Of a DNA stretch of 64,000 nt, positions 37,299 through 47,956 are shown piece by piece. The translations under genes and the position numbers were made by a program. Position 1 is the stretch's first letter; every line of letters starts with the position of its first letter. The stretch comes from an uncultured bacterium (GTDB lineage: Bacteria; Zixibacteria; MSB-5A5; CAIYYT01), in assembly GCA_963726455.1 (NCBI GenBank), contig CAVSCK010000004.1, forward strand, positions 288,001-352,000, in the 5' to 3' direction. The notes beneath the pieces were generated by a model. It did no database searches and was not told where the DNA came from. It saw only the letters and a list, made by a program, of their open reading frames with translations.

Positions 37299-39236
37299 AT
37301 GGCACTGGACATCAAATTTCCCGACGGCGCGGTAAAACAGTTTCCCGAGGGTACCACCGGTTTTGAAATCGCCCGCTCGATTTCTGAACGGCTGGCAGCT
37401 GAGGCATTGGCCGTCACGCTGGATGGCGCCGTTAAGGACGTCAATGTTCCTCTTTTGGCGGGTGGACAATTTCAGATTCACACCTTTGATTCGCCTGTCG
37501 GCAAAAGTGTATTCTGGCATTCTACCGCTCATGTAATGGCACAGGCCGTCAAGGAACTGTTCCCGGGTACCAAATTAGGAATCGGTCCAGCCATAGAAGA
37601 GGGCTTCTACTACGATTTCGACGTCCCCAGTCCTTTCACCGACGAAGATTTGGCACGCATCGAGAAACGCATGCAACAGATTATCGAAGGCAAACACCGC
37701 TTCCAGCGCGAAGAGATTTCTCGTGACGAGGCCGTTCGTCGCGCCAAACAGGAAGGTGAAACGTATCGTCTGGAAATCATCGACGGTCTGGAAGGGGAAT
37801 CGACCATTTCGTACTATCACCATGACACTTTCAGCGATCTGTGCCGCGGTCCGCATCTGCCTGCGACTGACAAGATAAAGGCCTTCAAATTGCTTTCGGT
37901 CGCCGGTGCTTATTGGCGGGGCGATGAACATAACAAAATGCTTCAGCGCATCTACGGCATCTCCTTTCCTAAGAAGTCGATGCTCGACGAATATCTCGAG
38001 CGGCTTGAACAAGCCAAAAAGCGCGATCACCGCAAATTGGGCAAAGAGCTGGGACTCTTCCTGATCACTGAAGAGACCGGCGGGGGATTGCCTCTTTGGT
38101 TGCCAAAGGGCGCGTTGATGCGGCATATCATTGAAAATTATTGGAAAGAAATGCATTTGAGTCACGGCTATCAACTCGTGATGTCTCCGCATATTGCCCG
38201 CCTCAAACTTTGGGAAACCTCCGGACATACCGGTTTCTACGCGGAGAACATGTACTCACCAATTGAAGTCGATAACGAGAAGTACCAGATCAAGCCGATG
38301 AACTGCCCCTTCCATATTTTGATGTACAAGCAGGGCGTTCATTCATATCGCGAACTTCCCTTGCGCTGGGCAGAGCTCGGTACCGTTTATCGCTACGAGC
38401 GTGGCGGCGTTTTGCACGGTCTCTTTCGGGTGCGCGGCTTTACTCAGGATGACGCGCACATCTTCTGCACGCCCGAGCAGCTTGAGGACGAGATCATTGG
38501 AGTGCTTGACCTTACCAAGGAAATCTTGGGAGCATTTGGTTTCTGGGATTACGAGATATATCTGTCAACTCGCCCGGCTAAAGCGATCGGTGCGCCGGAA
38601 CTCTGGCAGCAGGCCGAGGCGTCGCTGCGGCACGCGCTTGAGCTTAGAGGTTTGAAATACGACGTCGATGAGGGCGGTGGCGCATTTTACGGACCGAAGA
38701 TCGACATCAAGATTCGTGACGCCATGTCGCGCGTCTGGCAGTGCACTACTGTGCAATTCGATTTCAACCTGCCGGAGCGATTCGAGCTCTATTATATCGA
38801 TAAGGATGGCTCGCAGAAACGGCCTTATATGGTGCATCGCGCCATCCTCGGCTCTCTGGAGCGATTCTTCGGCGTACTGATTGAGAATTTCGGCGGCTTT
38901 TTCCCGCTCTGGATCGCGCCCGTACAGGCCAAGGTTCTGCCGATTACCGACCGGCATCATGATTATGCCGCCAAAGTCGTCGAACAGCTCAAAGCTGCGG
39001 GAATCAGGGTCGAATTTGATGCCCGTCCGGAGAAGGTCGGCTATAAAATTCGTGAGGCCGAGACCCAGAAAATTCCGTATATGATGATTTGCGGCGACAA
39101 AGAGGCCGAAAGCGGTCAGGTCAGTTTGCGGCACCACGGCGAGGGTGATTTGGGGGCAGTTACGGTCGAACAGGCCATAGAACGGCTGTCTAAAGAGATA
39201 AAAGATCGCAGTTTGCCGGCGAAAACTCCTGCCTAA
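37299..39236 (+). CDS. thrS: Threonine--tRNA ligase
   Basis: TGS domain, HSTAH, DLCRGPH, RDHRKLG, KPMNCP, RVRGFTQDDAH, GAFYGPKID. Start moved to ATG 37299. Confidence 0.98.
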   Translation: MALDIKFPDGAVKQFPEGTTGFEIARSISERLAAEALAVTLDGAVKDVNVPLLAGGQFQIHTFDSPVGKSVFWHSTAHVMAQAVKELFPGTKLGIGPAIEEGFYYDFDVPSPFTDEDLARIEKRMQQIIEGKHRFQREEISRDEAVRRAKQEGETYRLEIIDGLEGESTISYYHHDTFSDLCRGPHLPATDKIKAFKLLSVAGAYWRGDEHNKMLQRIYGISFPKKSMLDEYLERLEQAKKRDHRKLGKELGLFLITEETGGGLPLWLPKGALMRHIIENYWKEMHLSHGYQLVMSPHIARLKLWETSGHTGFYAENMYSPIEVDNEKYQIKPMNCPFHILMYKQGVHSYRELPLRWAELGTVYRYERGGVLHGLFRVRGFTQDDAHIFCTPEQLEDEIIGVLDLTKEILGAFGFWDYEIYLSTRPAKAIGAPELWQQAEASLRHALELRGLKYDVDEGGGAFYGPKIDIKIRDAMSRVWQCTTVQFDFNLPERFELYYIDKDGSQKRPYMVHRAILGSLERFFGVLIENFGGFFPLWIAPVQAKVLPITDRHHDYAAKVVEQLKAAGIRVEFDARPEKVGYKIREAETQKIPYMMICGDKEAESGQVSLRHHGEGDLGAVTVEQAIERLSKEIKDRSLPAKTPA

Positions 39237-39265
39237 CGGCTCTTCGCGGATCAGTCATTTTTTTC

Positions 39266-39294
39266 TTGGCAAATTAGGCGGCGTCCTATATAAT
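39266..39294 (+). promoter_or_regulatory. sigma70 promoter of infC-rpmI-rplT
   Basis: TTGGCA-N17-TATAAT. Confidence 0.7.
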
Positions 39295-39354
39295 GCAAAG
39301 CTAAATGGAGATGCTAGGTCTCTGCAATCGTAACCCGTTACGGGAGGTGACAGT

Positions 39355-39915
39355 ATAAGTAAGAAAAAGCCCGAGATCAGAGTGAACGAAATGATTCGCA
39401 TTCCCGAGATACGGGTAATTGACCAGGATGGCCAGCAAATCGGGATTATGCAAACGAGAGATGCTCTGGACATGGCTTTTAGCCGCGGACTTGATCTGGT
39501 TGAGATCTCGCCCACAGCACGACCGCCAGTCTGCAAGATATTGGACTATGGTCGATACAAATACGAGCTGCAGAAAAAAGCGAAAGTCTCCAAGAAAAAG
39601 CAGCATCAGGTTAACCTGAAGGAGATGAAGTACAGGCCGAAAATTGAGGAACACGACTACCTGTTCAAAACCAAACATGTCGTGGATTTCCTTAAAGAAG
39701 GCTATAAAGTCAAAGTGATGGTGGATTTCCGCGGCAGGGAAATCGCCCATCAGGAATTTGGCACGAAGATAATGAGCCGTTTGGTGGAGGATCTGGCGAC
39801 GCTTGCAGTTGTCGAACTCGAACCGCGGATGGAAGGCAACACCCTGACGATGGTGGTCAGCCCCAAGCAGGCGATAGAAAAAGGAATCAAACATGCCGAA
39901 GATGAAGACCAATAG
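39355..39915 (+). CDS. infC: Translation initiation factor IF-3, probably with a non-canonical ATA start
   Basis: [41 protein letters not shown] followed by an in-frame ATA at 39355. Confidence 0.95.
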   Translation: MSKKKPEIRVNEMIRIPEIRVIDQDGQQIGIMQTRDALDMAFSRGLDLVEISPTARPPVCKILDYGRYKYELQKKAKVSKKKQHQVNLKEMKYRPKIEEHDYLFKTKHVVDFLKEGYKVKVMVDFRGREIAHQEFGTKIMSRLVEDLATLAVVELEPRMEGNTLTMVVSPKQAIEKGIKHAEDEDQ

Positions 39916-40087
39916 AGCGGCCGCGAAGCGGTTTAAGAAGACTGCCAACGGTAAGATCAAACGCAAAAAAGCGTACGCTCGGCACATTCTTACGAAAAAG
40001 TCTGCCAAACGCAAACGCAACCTGCGCAAAGCTGCCTACGTTAAGGGTGCCGACGCGCGGAAGCTCAAGTATTTGCTTCCCGGCTAA
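39893..40087 (+). CDS. rpmI: 50S ribosomal protein L35
   Basis: [22 protein letters not shown]...HILTKK..KRKR.LR. Confidence 0.97.
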   Translation: MPKMKTNRAAAKRFKKTANGKIKRKKAYARHILTKKSAKRKRNLRKAAYVKGADARKLKYLLPG

Positions 40088-40120
40088 ACGCTTTGTGGAT
40101 AAGAGAAGGAGATTAGTTAA

Positions 40121-40471
40121 ATGCCACGCGCAACCAATAACGTCGCTTCGCGTAAACGTCGCAAAAAAGTCCTGAAAGCCGCCCGTGGGAATTTCGGCGG
40201 CCGCAGCAAGCTGCTGCGTACTGCCAAAGAAACGGTGCAAAAGGGCCTGACTTATGCCTACCGTGACCGCCGCAACAAGAAACGCGAATTCCGCCGCCTC
40301 TGGATAACCCGTATTTCCGCCGCCTGTCGGATGGCCGATGTGAGTTATTCGTTATTTATGCATGGACTCAAGAAATCCGGCGTGAACCTTGATCGCAAAG
40401 TACTTGCTGATCTGGCCGTTCGCGATAAAGCGACCTTTACGAAACTGACTGAGATTGCGAAAAAAGCCTGA
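40121..40471 (+). CDS. rplT: 50S ribosomal protein L20
   Basis: [23 protein letters not shown]...YS.F..GLKK....[10 protein letters not shown]. Confidence 0.98.
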   Translation: MPRATNNVASRKRRKKVLKAARGNFGGRSKLLRTAKETVQKGLTYAYRDRRNKKREFRRLWITRISAACRMADVSYSLFMHGLKKSGVNLDRKVLADLAVRDKATFTKLTEIAKKA

Positions 40472-40473
40472 GC

Positions 40474-41487
40474 ATGTCGGACGACAGAGTTGCCCAGATT
40501 GTCGCCGAGGCCGGAGCAGAAATCGCTCAATCCAGTACCGCTGACCAGCTTGAATCTCTCCGTGTAAAGTACCTTGGCAGGAAGAGTGCTATTATCGGCC
40601 TCTTGCGCGGTCTGAAGGATCTCGATCCGGAAACGCGAAAGGTCTTCGGTCAACAAACCAACGTAGCCAAAGAAACAATCGAGAAACTACTGGCCGAAAA
40701 GCTGGAGTCGCTTGGCGGCGCCACAACTCGCTCCCAGGCAGGGTTCGACTTCACTCTTCCCGGCAAACATTATCCTGTCGGCAAACTCCATCCCATCACC
40801 GCCACACTAAATGAGATCATCGACATATTCTTTGGCATGGGATTTGAAGTGGCCCTTGGGCCCGAAGTAGAGACCGAGTATTACAATTTCGGCGCGCTAA
40901 ACTTTCCGCCCGATCATCCGGCTCGCGACATGCAGGATACTTTCTATGTGGACAAAGAAATTCTCCTGCGCACGCACACTTCTCCGATTCAAATTCGAGA
41001 ATTCGAGAAGCGCAAGCCGCCGGTGCGCATTATCGGTCCCGGACGCTCATACCGCCAGGAGGCGATCAGCGCCCGCGCCTATTGCGTGTTCCATCAGCTC
41101 GAAGGTTTCTATGTCGACCACGACGTGACATTCGCCGACTTGAAAGGCGTCCTGAGCGTGTTTGCACACACTTACTTCGGTTCCGACGTCAAACTCCGTT
41201 TTCGCCCCAGCTTCTTCCCCTTTACCGAGCCGTCCGCCGAAATGGACGTTACTTGTTTTCTCTGCGGCGGCAAGGGCTGTCGGGTTTGTAAGCATGAGGG
41301 CTGGTTGGAGATTCTTGGCTGCGGCATGATTGACCCGCACGTTTTCCGGTCGGTCAAGTACGATCCGGAAGAATTTTCGGGATATGCATTTGGTATGGGT
41401 ATCGAGCGCATCGCCATGCTCAAGTACCGCATTGATGATATTCGCCTGTTTTTCGACAATGATCTTCGTTTCTTGAAACAATTCTAA
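40474..41487 (+). CDS. pheS: Phenylalanine--tRNA ligase alpha subunit
   Basis: HPARDMQDTF, LRTHTS, FHQ.EG, FPFTEPS, GYAFGMGIERIAML. Confidence 0.98.
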   Translation: MSDDRVAQIVAEAGAEIAQSSTADQLESLRVKYLGRKSAIIGLLRGLKDLDPETRKVFGQQTNVAKETIEKLLAEKLESLGGATTRSQAGFDFTLPGKHYPVGKLHPITATLNEIIDIFFGMGFEVALGPEVETEYYNFGALNFPPDHPARDMQDTFYVDKEILLRTHTSPIQIREFEKRKPPVRIIGPGRSYRQEAISARAYCVFHQLEGFYVDHDVTFADLKGVLSVFAHTYFGSDVKLRFRPSFFPFTEPSAEMDVTCFLCGGKGCRVCKHEGWLEILGCGMIDPHVFRSVKYDPEEFSGYAFGMGIERIAMLKYRIDDIRLFFDNDLRFLKQF

Positions 41488-41501
41488 AGGGAAGCGGGCA
41501 G

Positions 41502-43883
41502 ATGCAGATATCGTATAACTGGCTGCGTGAATTGGTCGACTTCAGTTGGGACGCCCACACGCTGGCAAACAAGCTCACAATGATTGGCACAGCCGTTGAG
41601 TCAGTTCAACCGGTCTCCACCAATCTTGAAAATATTCTCGTTGGCAAGATTGTCTCTGCCGAACCGCACCCAAATGCCGAAGCACTGAAGGTCTGCAAGG
41701 TTGAACTGAGCAAAGATGTTCTGATGACCGTGGTCTGTGGCGCACCGAATGTCAAAGTGGGCATGAAAGCTCCGATGGCGCTTCCCGGCGCCGTTATGAG
41801 CGACGGCACGCGTATTACGAGTGTCGAGAAGTATGGCATCGTTTCGGAAGGAATGCTCTGCAGCCAGGCCGAACTCGGCTTGTCCGACGACCATTCCGGC
41901 ATCATGGAGTTGGATGCCACCTTGAAATCCGGCGCTGATCTCAAGACCTCGCTGCACTTGGATGATTTTTCGCTAAGCTTTGATCTTACACCTAATCGGC
42001 CTGATTCTCTCTGTGCCATCGGCATTGCACGGGACATCTCGGCGCTGTCCGGCAGCCCGATCAAGCGCCCCGCCATTGAGATCAAGGAAGTCGCCGACAA
42101 GGCCAGCGCGCAGGTCGATATCAGCATTGACGATGTCGTCGGCTGTCCCCGATATGCAGCGCGCGTGATACGCGGCGTCAAAATCGGGCGTTCTCCGTGG
42201 TGGATGCAGCAACGTTTGCTGGCTTCGGGCGTCCGCGCGATCAATAACGTTGTCGATATCACGAACTATGTCATGCTCGAATATGGCCATCCTTTGCATG
42301 CTTTTGATTTTGCCAATTTTGCGCAACCGAAAGTGGTCGTGCGTCGCGCTGCCGAGGGTGAGATCTTCCGCACCCTCGATGGCATCGAGCGTAAACTTAA
42401 CGGCGACGTGCTGCTGATCACCGACGGCGTCAAACCGGTGGCCATCGCAGGTATCATGGGTGGCGAATTCTCCGAAGTCACAGAAAAGACAACCGATATT
42501 CTTTTGGAGAGCGCCTACTTCGATCCGTCCGTCATTCGACGCGGCCGCAAGTTTCTGGGGTTGCAGTCGGAAAGTCAGACACGTTTCGAACGCGGCGCCG
42601 ATCCTAACATCGTTTCGGCTGCGCTTGACCGCGCGGCAAGTCTGATGGAGCGATACGCCGGTGGCAAAGTGTCGACCGGCATCGTCGACGTCTATCCGCA
42701 AAAGATTAATCAGGTCAAGCTTGAGCTTCGCCCCAGCCGCGTGAACGAAATTCTGGCGACTGAGATGAGCGCACCCAAGATGATCGACATCCTGAATTCG
42801 CTCGAATTCAAGGTGCTTCCGGGCAAGAACCTGACCGTGGAAGTGCCAACCTTCCGTCCTGATGTCACTCGAGAAATCGATATCATCGAAGAAATCGCAC
42901 GCATCTACGGTTACGACAAGATCCCAACTCGCATGATTGCCGGTGGCAAGCTCCTGGTTTCCAGGCATCCGAGAGACGTTTTCTCCGAGAAGGTTCGGCA
43001 GATATTGATAGGCCAGGGATATTTCGAAGTCGTCACGAACAGCATCGTCGATCCCAAGCTCGTGAAGGTGTTGGATAAGGATGCCAGATGTGTCGAGATC
43101 CTCAACCCTATATCTGAGGATTTGAAGTGGCTCCGCCCGAGTCTGGTGGCAGGACTACTCAACGTAGTCTATCAGAACCTTAGCCACCAAATCCGAACCA
43201 TCAAGGTGTTCGAACTTGGTAATACCTTTGCTCCAATCGAGGGGCAACTACCTCGCGAAACTCATCGCATCGGCCTGGCCATTTCCGGAGCTGACATGGG
43301 CGAGAACTGGACATTCCATCCTGGCGAGTTCACCTTCTTCGACATCAAGGGTGCCCTCGAATCCCTTGAGGAGCTTACAGATAAGAAGATTACGTTAACC
43401 CCTGCTCCAAATTCCGCCTACGATCCCGGTTGCAGCTTTGCGATTAGTCTGGATGGTCAGCAAGTGGGAGTCTGCGGCCAAGTATTGCCGAGTATTCTTA
43501 AGTTATTCAATATCAAGGCCGAAGTGCTAGTGGCTGAGCTTGACTTCGAGGTTCTCCTTGCAAACGCCAAACCAGTAATCTCTTACAAGCCATTGCCCCG
43601 TTTCCCATCCTCGGAACGCGATATCGCCGTTGTAGTTGACGAGCTGATACCCTGTGATACGCTTCTGGAGACGATCGGTGGCGCTGCCGACAAGACGTTG
43701 GTCGATACCCTGGTGTTCGACCTGTATCGGGGCAAACAGGTAGATAAGGGTAAGAAGTCGGTCGCATTTCGACTTGTCTTCCGGGATGAAAGTAAGACAT
43801 TAACTGACGCGGATATCGAGCGCGTATTCAATAAGATAGTGGAGACGCTCAAGTCAAAGCATAACGCTACGCTTAGAGCTTAG
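41502..43883 (+). CDS. pheT: Phenylalanine--tRNA ligase beta subunit
   Basis: VCGAPN, SEGMLCS, LTPNRPD, VDITNYVMLE.G.PLHAFD, RFERG, and the FDX-ACB tail RFP...RDI. Confidence 0.98.
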   Translation: MQISYNWLRELVDFSWDAHTLANKLTMIGTAVESVQPVSTNLENILVGKIVSAEPHPNAEALKVCKVELSKDVLMTVVCGAPNVKVGMKAPMALPGAVMSDGTRITSVEKYGIVSEGMLCSQAELGLSDDHSGIMELDATLKSGADLKTSLHLDDFSLSFDLTPNRPDSLCAIGIARDISALSGSPIKRPAIEIKEVADKASAQVDISIDDVVGCPRYAARVIRGVKIGRSPWWMQQRLLASGVRAINNVVDITNYVMLEYGHPLHAFDFANFAQPKVVVRRAAEGEIFRTLDGIERKLNGDVLLITDGVKPVAIAGIMGGEFSEVTEKTTDILLESAYFDPSVIRRGRKFLGLQSESQTRFERGADPNIVSAALDRAASLMERYAGGKVSTGIVDVYPQKINQVKLELRPSRVNEILATEMSAPKMIDILNSLEFKVLPGKNLTVEVPTFRPDVTREIDIIEEIARIYGYDKIPTRMIAGGKLLVSRHPRDVFSEKVRQILIGQGYFEVVTNSIVDPKLVKVLDKDARCVEILNPISEDLKWLRPSLVAGLLNVVYQNLSHQIRTIKVFELGNTFAPIEGQLPRETHRIGLAISGADMGENWTFHPGEFTFFDIKGALESLEELTDKKITLTPAPNSAYDPGCSFAISLDGQQVGVCGQVLPSILKLFNIKAEVLVAELDFEVLLANAKPVISYKPLPRFPSSERDIAVVVDELIPCDTLLETIGGAADKTLVDTLVFDLYRGKQVDKGKKSVAFRLVFRDESKTLTDADIERVFNKIVETLKSKHNATLRA

Positions 43884-43894
43884 GGGAGTCAGGC

Positions 43895-44161
43895 ATGGAG
43901 AATCTCGATCGGCTGCAGGGAAAGGTCAAGGATCTGCTCGAACAGCATAAGAAACTTGAGGCCTCATATTCCGAACTCAAGAAGGAAAACGCGCAACTTC
44001 GTGAGCGCCTTTCGAGTTTGGAATCCGAAATGAAGGCGGTGACCAAGAGCGGGTCCCGGTTGGAAAAAGAGGCACGGGAAAAGCAGGAAGCGGCTCTAAA
44101 GCGAATTTCCAAACTGGTTGACAAGATTCATCAATTCCAGTCGGAAATGAAATTGTCTTGA
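43895..44161 (+). CDS. Short coiled-coil protein (ZapB-like)
   Basis: 88-aa heptad-rich helix at the usual pheT-zapB-zapA position. Confidence 0.6.
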   Translation: MENLDRLQGKVKDLLEQHKKLEASYSELKKENAQLRERLSSLESEMKAVTKSGSRLEKEAREKQEAALKRISKLVDKIHQFQSEMKLS

Positions 44162-44186
44162 CACGGGTGTTTGAACCTTATAGAAT
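44158..44186 (+). promoter_or_regulatory. sigma70 promoter for zapA-rny
   Basis: TTGACA-N17-TAGAAT, overlapping the upstream stop codon. Confidence 0.7.
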
Positions 44187-44262
44187 TGATTTAACGTGAA
44201 TATAGATTTGGGTTTAGCCATTAGGTGTAAGTCAAGTTTGGAAACTTCTTAAACATTATTCT

Positions 44263-44568
44263 ATGGAAGATAAAAAACAGACCGTCACTGTTAGCATTTT
44301 TGGCGAGGATTATCCTATTCGGGGGGCAGCTGGTCAGGATTACATCTTGCAGGTTGCTTCCTATTTGGATAACAAGATGCGCGAAGTCGCAGAAAAAAAC
44401 AGTAACAAATCGCCGGCCAAGGTTGCCATTTTGGCAGCCCTCAACATTACAGACGAACTGTTTCAAGCACGACAAGCTGCTTCCGTTGAAGTCAAAGAGT
44501 TTGAGGAAAAGACGCAGACAATTCTTCAGTGGCTTGAAGAAAAGTTGCCGATTGAGCAACGGCGTTAA
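44263..44568 (+). CDS. zapA: Cell division protein ZapA
   Basis: V.V.IFGEDY.I...VA.YLD.KM.E...AILAALNITDEL. Confidence 0.92.
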   Translation: MEDKKQTVTVSIFGEDYPIRGAAGQDYILQVASYLDNKMREVAEKNSNKSPAKVAILAALNITDELFQARQAASVEVKEFEEKTQTILQWLEEKLPIEQRR

Positions 44569-44670
44569 TATAGTTTCCGAACCCCGCCTGATAGCTTCTC
44601 CCATTTCCGTGTTACATTTTTAATATAAACGATCCCGGCAGATGAGTGGTCTGTCGAGAGGAGAAGCACT

Positions 44671-46236
44671 ATGCCGCAATTGATTGTCCTGATTGCTGAA
44701 ATTGTAGGCGCTGCGGTCGTAGCTTCCGTCATTACCTATTTCCTCGCCAGCAAGACGTCTTTTGGCAAAATCAAGCGAGCGGAGGATGAGGCCAAGCGGA
44801 TTCACGACGACGCCGTGAAAGAAGCAGAGATAAAGAAGAAGGAAGCTCTCCTGGAGGCGAAGGATGAGTGGTACAAAGCCAAAGTCGCCTTCGAAAGGGA
44901 GCTGCAGAACAAAAAAGCTGATTACCAGAAGCAGGAAAAGAAGCTCTCGGAGCGGGAAATCAACCTTGACCGCAAAGTTGACATCCTCGATAAGAAGGAG
45001 AAAGACTATGCCGGCAAGGAGAAGAACCTCCAGCATCGTGAACGCGGCATCGCCACGCGCGAGAAAGAACTGGAACAGCTACTCACCGACCAGAATCGGC
45101 AATTGGAAAGAATAGCGGGAATGTCTGCGGAAGAGGCCAAGCGAGTCCTGATGGAAAATCTGATCGGCCAGGCCAAAATGGAAGCTGCCTCCATCGTGAA
45201 AGAGATTCGCGAAAGAGCAGAGCAAACCGCCGAAAAGGAAGCCAAAGAGATTATCATCTCGGCAATCTATCGCTGCGCCGCCGACCACACCGTCGAATCG
45301 ACGGTCTCCGTGGTGGCGCTGCCGAGCGACGAAATGAAGGGACGGATCATCGGCCGCGAAGGCCGCAATATCCGTTCGTTCGAGACGCTGACCGGAATCG
45401 ACGTGATCGTCGATGACACACCGGAAGCGGTTATTCTGTCAGGATACGACCCGGTACGGCGCGAAATAGCGCGCATGGCGCTGGAAAAACTGGTCGTTGA
45501 CGGTCGCATACATCCGACGCGCATTGAAGAAGTCGTCGTCAAATCGCAGAAGGAAATGGCGATGATGATTCGCGAGGCCGGCGAACAGGCCTGTTTCGAA
45601 CTCGGTATTCACGGATTGCACGAGGATATCATCACGCTGATGGGGCAACTCAACTACCGCACCAGTTATGGACAGAACGTGCTGCAGCATTCGAAAGAGG
45701 TTGCGCTTCTGTGCGGGCTGATGGCGGCGGAACTGGGACTGGACCCGATTCTGGCCAAGCGCTCCGGGTTTCTGCATGACATCGGCAAGGCCATCGATCG
45801 CGAGACCGAGGGTACACACACCGAAATCGGCATGAATTTCCTGCGCAAGTATAACGAGCACGAATACGTCATCAACGCCGTTGGTTCCCATCATGGCGAT
45901 ATTCCGTTGATATCTCCTTATGCCGTGCTGGTACAGGCCGCTGACGCTATCAGTGGCTCGAGGCCAGGTGCGCGCCGTGAACCGCTTGAAGGTTACATCA
46001 AGCGCCTGGAAAAACTCGAAGAACTGGCGGACTCCTTTAAGGGTGTTGCCAAGGCCTATGCCATTCAGGCCGGGCGCGAAATTCGCGTGATTGTCGAGAA
46101 CAACGAGATTGATGACGTCGGCGCCACGATTCTGGCGAGCGATATTGCGCGGAAGATCGAATCCGAGATGGAATATCCGGGTCAGATCAAAGTCACGGTG
46201 ATTCGCGAGACCAGGGCAATTGAATATGCCAAGTGA
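44671..46236 (+). CDS. rny: Ribonuclease Y
   Basis: N-terminal TM and coiled coil, KH domain [16 protein letters not shown] domain [12 protein letters not shown]...[18 protein letters not shown]. Confidence 0.97.
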   Translation: MPQLIVLIAEIVGAAVVASVITYFLASKTSFGKIKRAEDEAKRIHDDAVKEAEIKKKEALLEAKDEWYKAKVAFERELQNKKADYQKQEKKLSEREINLDRKVDILDKKEKDYAGKEKNLQHRERGIATREKELEQLLTDQNRQLERIAGMSAEEAKRVLMENLIGQAKMEAASIVKEIRERAEQTAEKEAKEIIISAIYRCAADHTVESTVSVVALPSDEMKGRIIGREGRNIRSFETLTGIDVIVDDTPEAVILSGYDPVRREIARMALEKLVVDGRIHPTRIEEVVVKSQKEMAMMIREAGEQACFELGIHGLHEDIITLMGQLNYRTSYGQNVLQHSKEVALLCGLMAAELGLDPILAKRSGFLHDIGKAIDRETEGTHTEIGMNFLRKYNEHEYVINAVGSHHGDIPLISPYAVLVQAADAISGSRPGARREPLEGYIKRLEKLEELADSFKGVAKAYAIQAGREIRVIVENNEIDDVGATILASDIARKIESEMEYPGQIKVTVIRETRAIEYAK

Positions 46237-46242
46237 GGTCGC

Positions 46243-47064
46243 TTGAGAGTTCTCTTCATCAGCGATCTGGTTGGCAAACCGGGCAGATGGATCGTCTCGC
46301 AAATGCTGCGCGATTTCAAGAAAGAGCGCCACATTGATTACACCATCTGTAACGTGGAAAATGCCGCCGGCGGATTCGGCGTCACAAGGGAGATGGCCAA
46401 GAAGATCTTCAGTTACGGCGTCGATCTTGAGACTACGGGTAATCATATTTGGGATCGCGAAGAGATTCGCGATTTTCTGGACAGCAATCCGCGTCTGCTG
46501 CGGCCGGCGAATTTTCCCTCGGGTACTCCCGGCAGCGGGATGTATGTCGATAAGCTTCCTGATGGTCGCATAATCGCGACCATCAATCTGCAGGGGCGTG
46601 TTTACATGAAGCCGATTGACTGCCCGTTCAAGACCGCCGACGGTGAACTGACAATGTTGGGACGAGGGACCAACCTGATCTTTGTCGATATCCACGCGGA
46701 GACGACTTCGGAAAAGCAGGCGCTCGGCTATTATCTCGACGGCCGGGTTTCGGCGGTGATCGGTACGCACACGCACATTCAAACCGCTGATGAATGCGTT
46801 ATGCCGAATGGCACCGCCTACATCACTGACGCCGGCATGACCGGGCCGTTTCAGTCAATTATTGGCATGAAATACGATGCCGCGGTCAAGCGCTTCCTGA
46901 CCGGCATGCCCTATAAGTTTTCCGTTGCGTCCGGCGATATTCGCATGCAGGGAGTGATTGTCGAAGTTGACGATCAAACCGGCAAAGCGATCAGCATCGA
47001 ACGCTACACATTGTGTGCACCTCCCGACACCAGTCCGCCCGGTCTGGAGGATGATACCGCATGA
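46243..47064 (+). CDS. ymdB: YmdB-family (TIGR00282) metallophosphoesterase
   Basis: D.VG.PGR, N.ENAAGG.G, GNHIWD, LRPAN.P, DIHAE.TSEK, GTHTHIQTAD, TDAGMTGP. Confidence 0.93.
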   Translation: MRVLFISDLVGKPGRWIVSQMLRDFKKERHIDYTICNVENAAGGFGVTREMAKKIFSYGVDLETTGNHIWDREEIRDFLDSNPRLLRPANFPSGTPGSGMYVDKLPDGRIIATINLQGRVYMKPIDCPFKTADGELTMLGRGTNLIFVDIHAETTSEKQALGYYLDGRVSAVIGTHTHIQTADECVMPNGTAYITDAGMTGPFQSIIGMKYDAAVKRFLTGMPYKFSVASGDIRMQGVIVEVDDQTGKAISIERYTLCAPPDTSPPGLEDDTA

Positions 47065-47948
47065 CGGCCGAGATTATTGACGGCAACGAAGTCGCCAAGC
47101 AGATCCGCCGCGAACTGACAACCCAGGTTCAGGAATTGACGGGCAGGGGAATAGTGCCGGGATTGGCAGCGATTCTGGTAGGCAACGATCCGGCCTCCGA
47201 AATATATGTGGCTTCGAAAGCAAAGAACTGCCAGAAGGTGGGCGTGTACTCCGAAGTGATTCGCCGGGATGTGAATACTACTCAGGCAGAACTATATGAT
47301 GTCATTGAAGGGCTGAACAATAATCCGAAGATCTCCGGGATACTACTTCAATCACCGATACCCGCGCATCTCGACGAATTTGCTGCCTGCGTCAAGATTG
47401 ATCCAAACAAGGACGTCGACGGGTTCCACCCGGACAACGTCGGCCGTTTGCTGATCGGCAAGCCGCGCTTTATGTCGTGTACGCCTTATGGCGTGATCGA
47501 ACTGCTTAAGCGATATCAGGTCGATCTGAAAGGCAAAGAGGTAGTGATCATTGGCAGATCGAATCTGGTGGGCAAGCCGCTGGCGGCAATGCTGATGCAG
47601 AAATGGCCTGAAACCAATGCCACAGTAACAGTCTGCCACTCGGCGACGCGGGACATCATTTCGTACACGCTGCGCGCGGATGTCATCATCACGGCGATGG
47701 GACAACCGGAATTCCTGCGTGGCGAGCATATTCGCGCCGGCGCGGTCGTAATTGATGTCGGCATTTCGCGCGTGGACGATGCGACCACCGAGCGTGGTTA
47801 TCATATTGTCGGTGATTGTCATTTCTTGTCGTGTGTCGAAAAGGCCTCGAAGATCACGCCAGTCCCGGGCGGTGTTGGCCCGATGACAATCGCGATGTTG
47901 CTCACCAATACCGTAAAAGCCGCGAAGCTACAGCACGGGATAGAATAG
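47061..47948 (+). CDS. folD: Methylenetetrahydrofolate dehydrogenase/cyclohydrolase
   Basis: KDVDGFHP.N.G, CTPYG, GRSNLVGKP, TPVPGGVGPMTIAML. Confidence 0.98.
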   Translation: MTAEIIDGNEVAKQIRRELTTQVQELTGRGIVPGLAAILVGNDPASEIYVASKAKNCQKVGVYSEVIRRDVNTTQAELYDVIEGLNNNPKISGILLQSPIPAHLDEFAACVKIDPNKDVDGFHPDNVGRLLIGKPRFMSCTPYGVIELLKRYQVDLKGKEVVIIGRSNLVGKPLAAMLMQKWPETNATVTVCHSATRDIISYTLRADVIITAMGQPEFLRGEHIRAGAVVIDVGISRVDDATTERGYHIVGDCHFLSCVEKASKITPVPGGVGPMTIAMLLTNTVKAAKLQHGIE

Positions 47949-47956
47949 CTTATTCG

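Noticed and set aside
44569-44670. 6S RNA at its common position after zapA
   Set aside because: The gap is only 102 nt and lacks the long rod with a central bubble (~180 nt).
45439-46782. Long antisense ORFs (447 aa here; also 41973-42968, 25482-26285 and 39301-40029)
   Set aside because: They are shadows of conserved plus-strand genes with biased codon usage and show no recognisable motifs.
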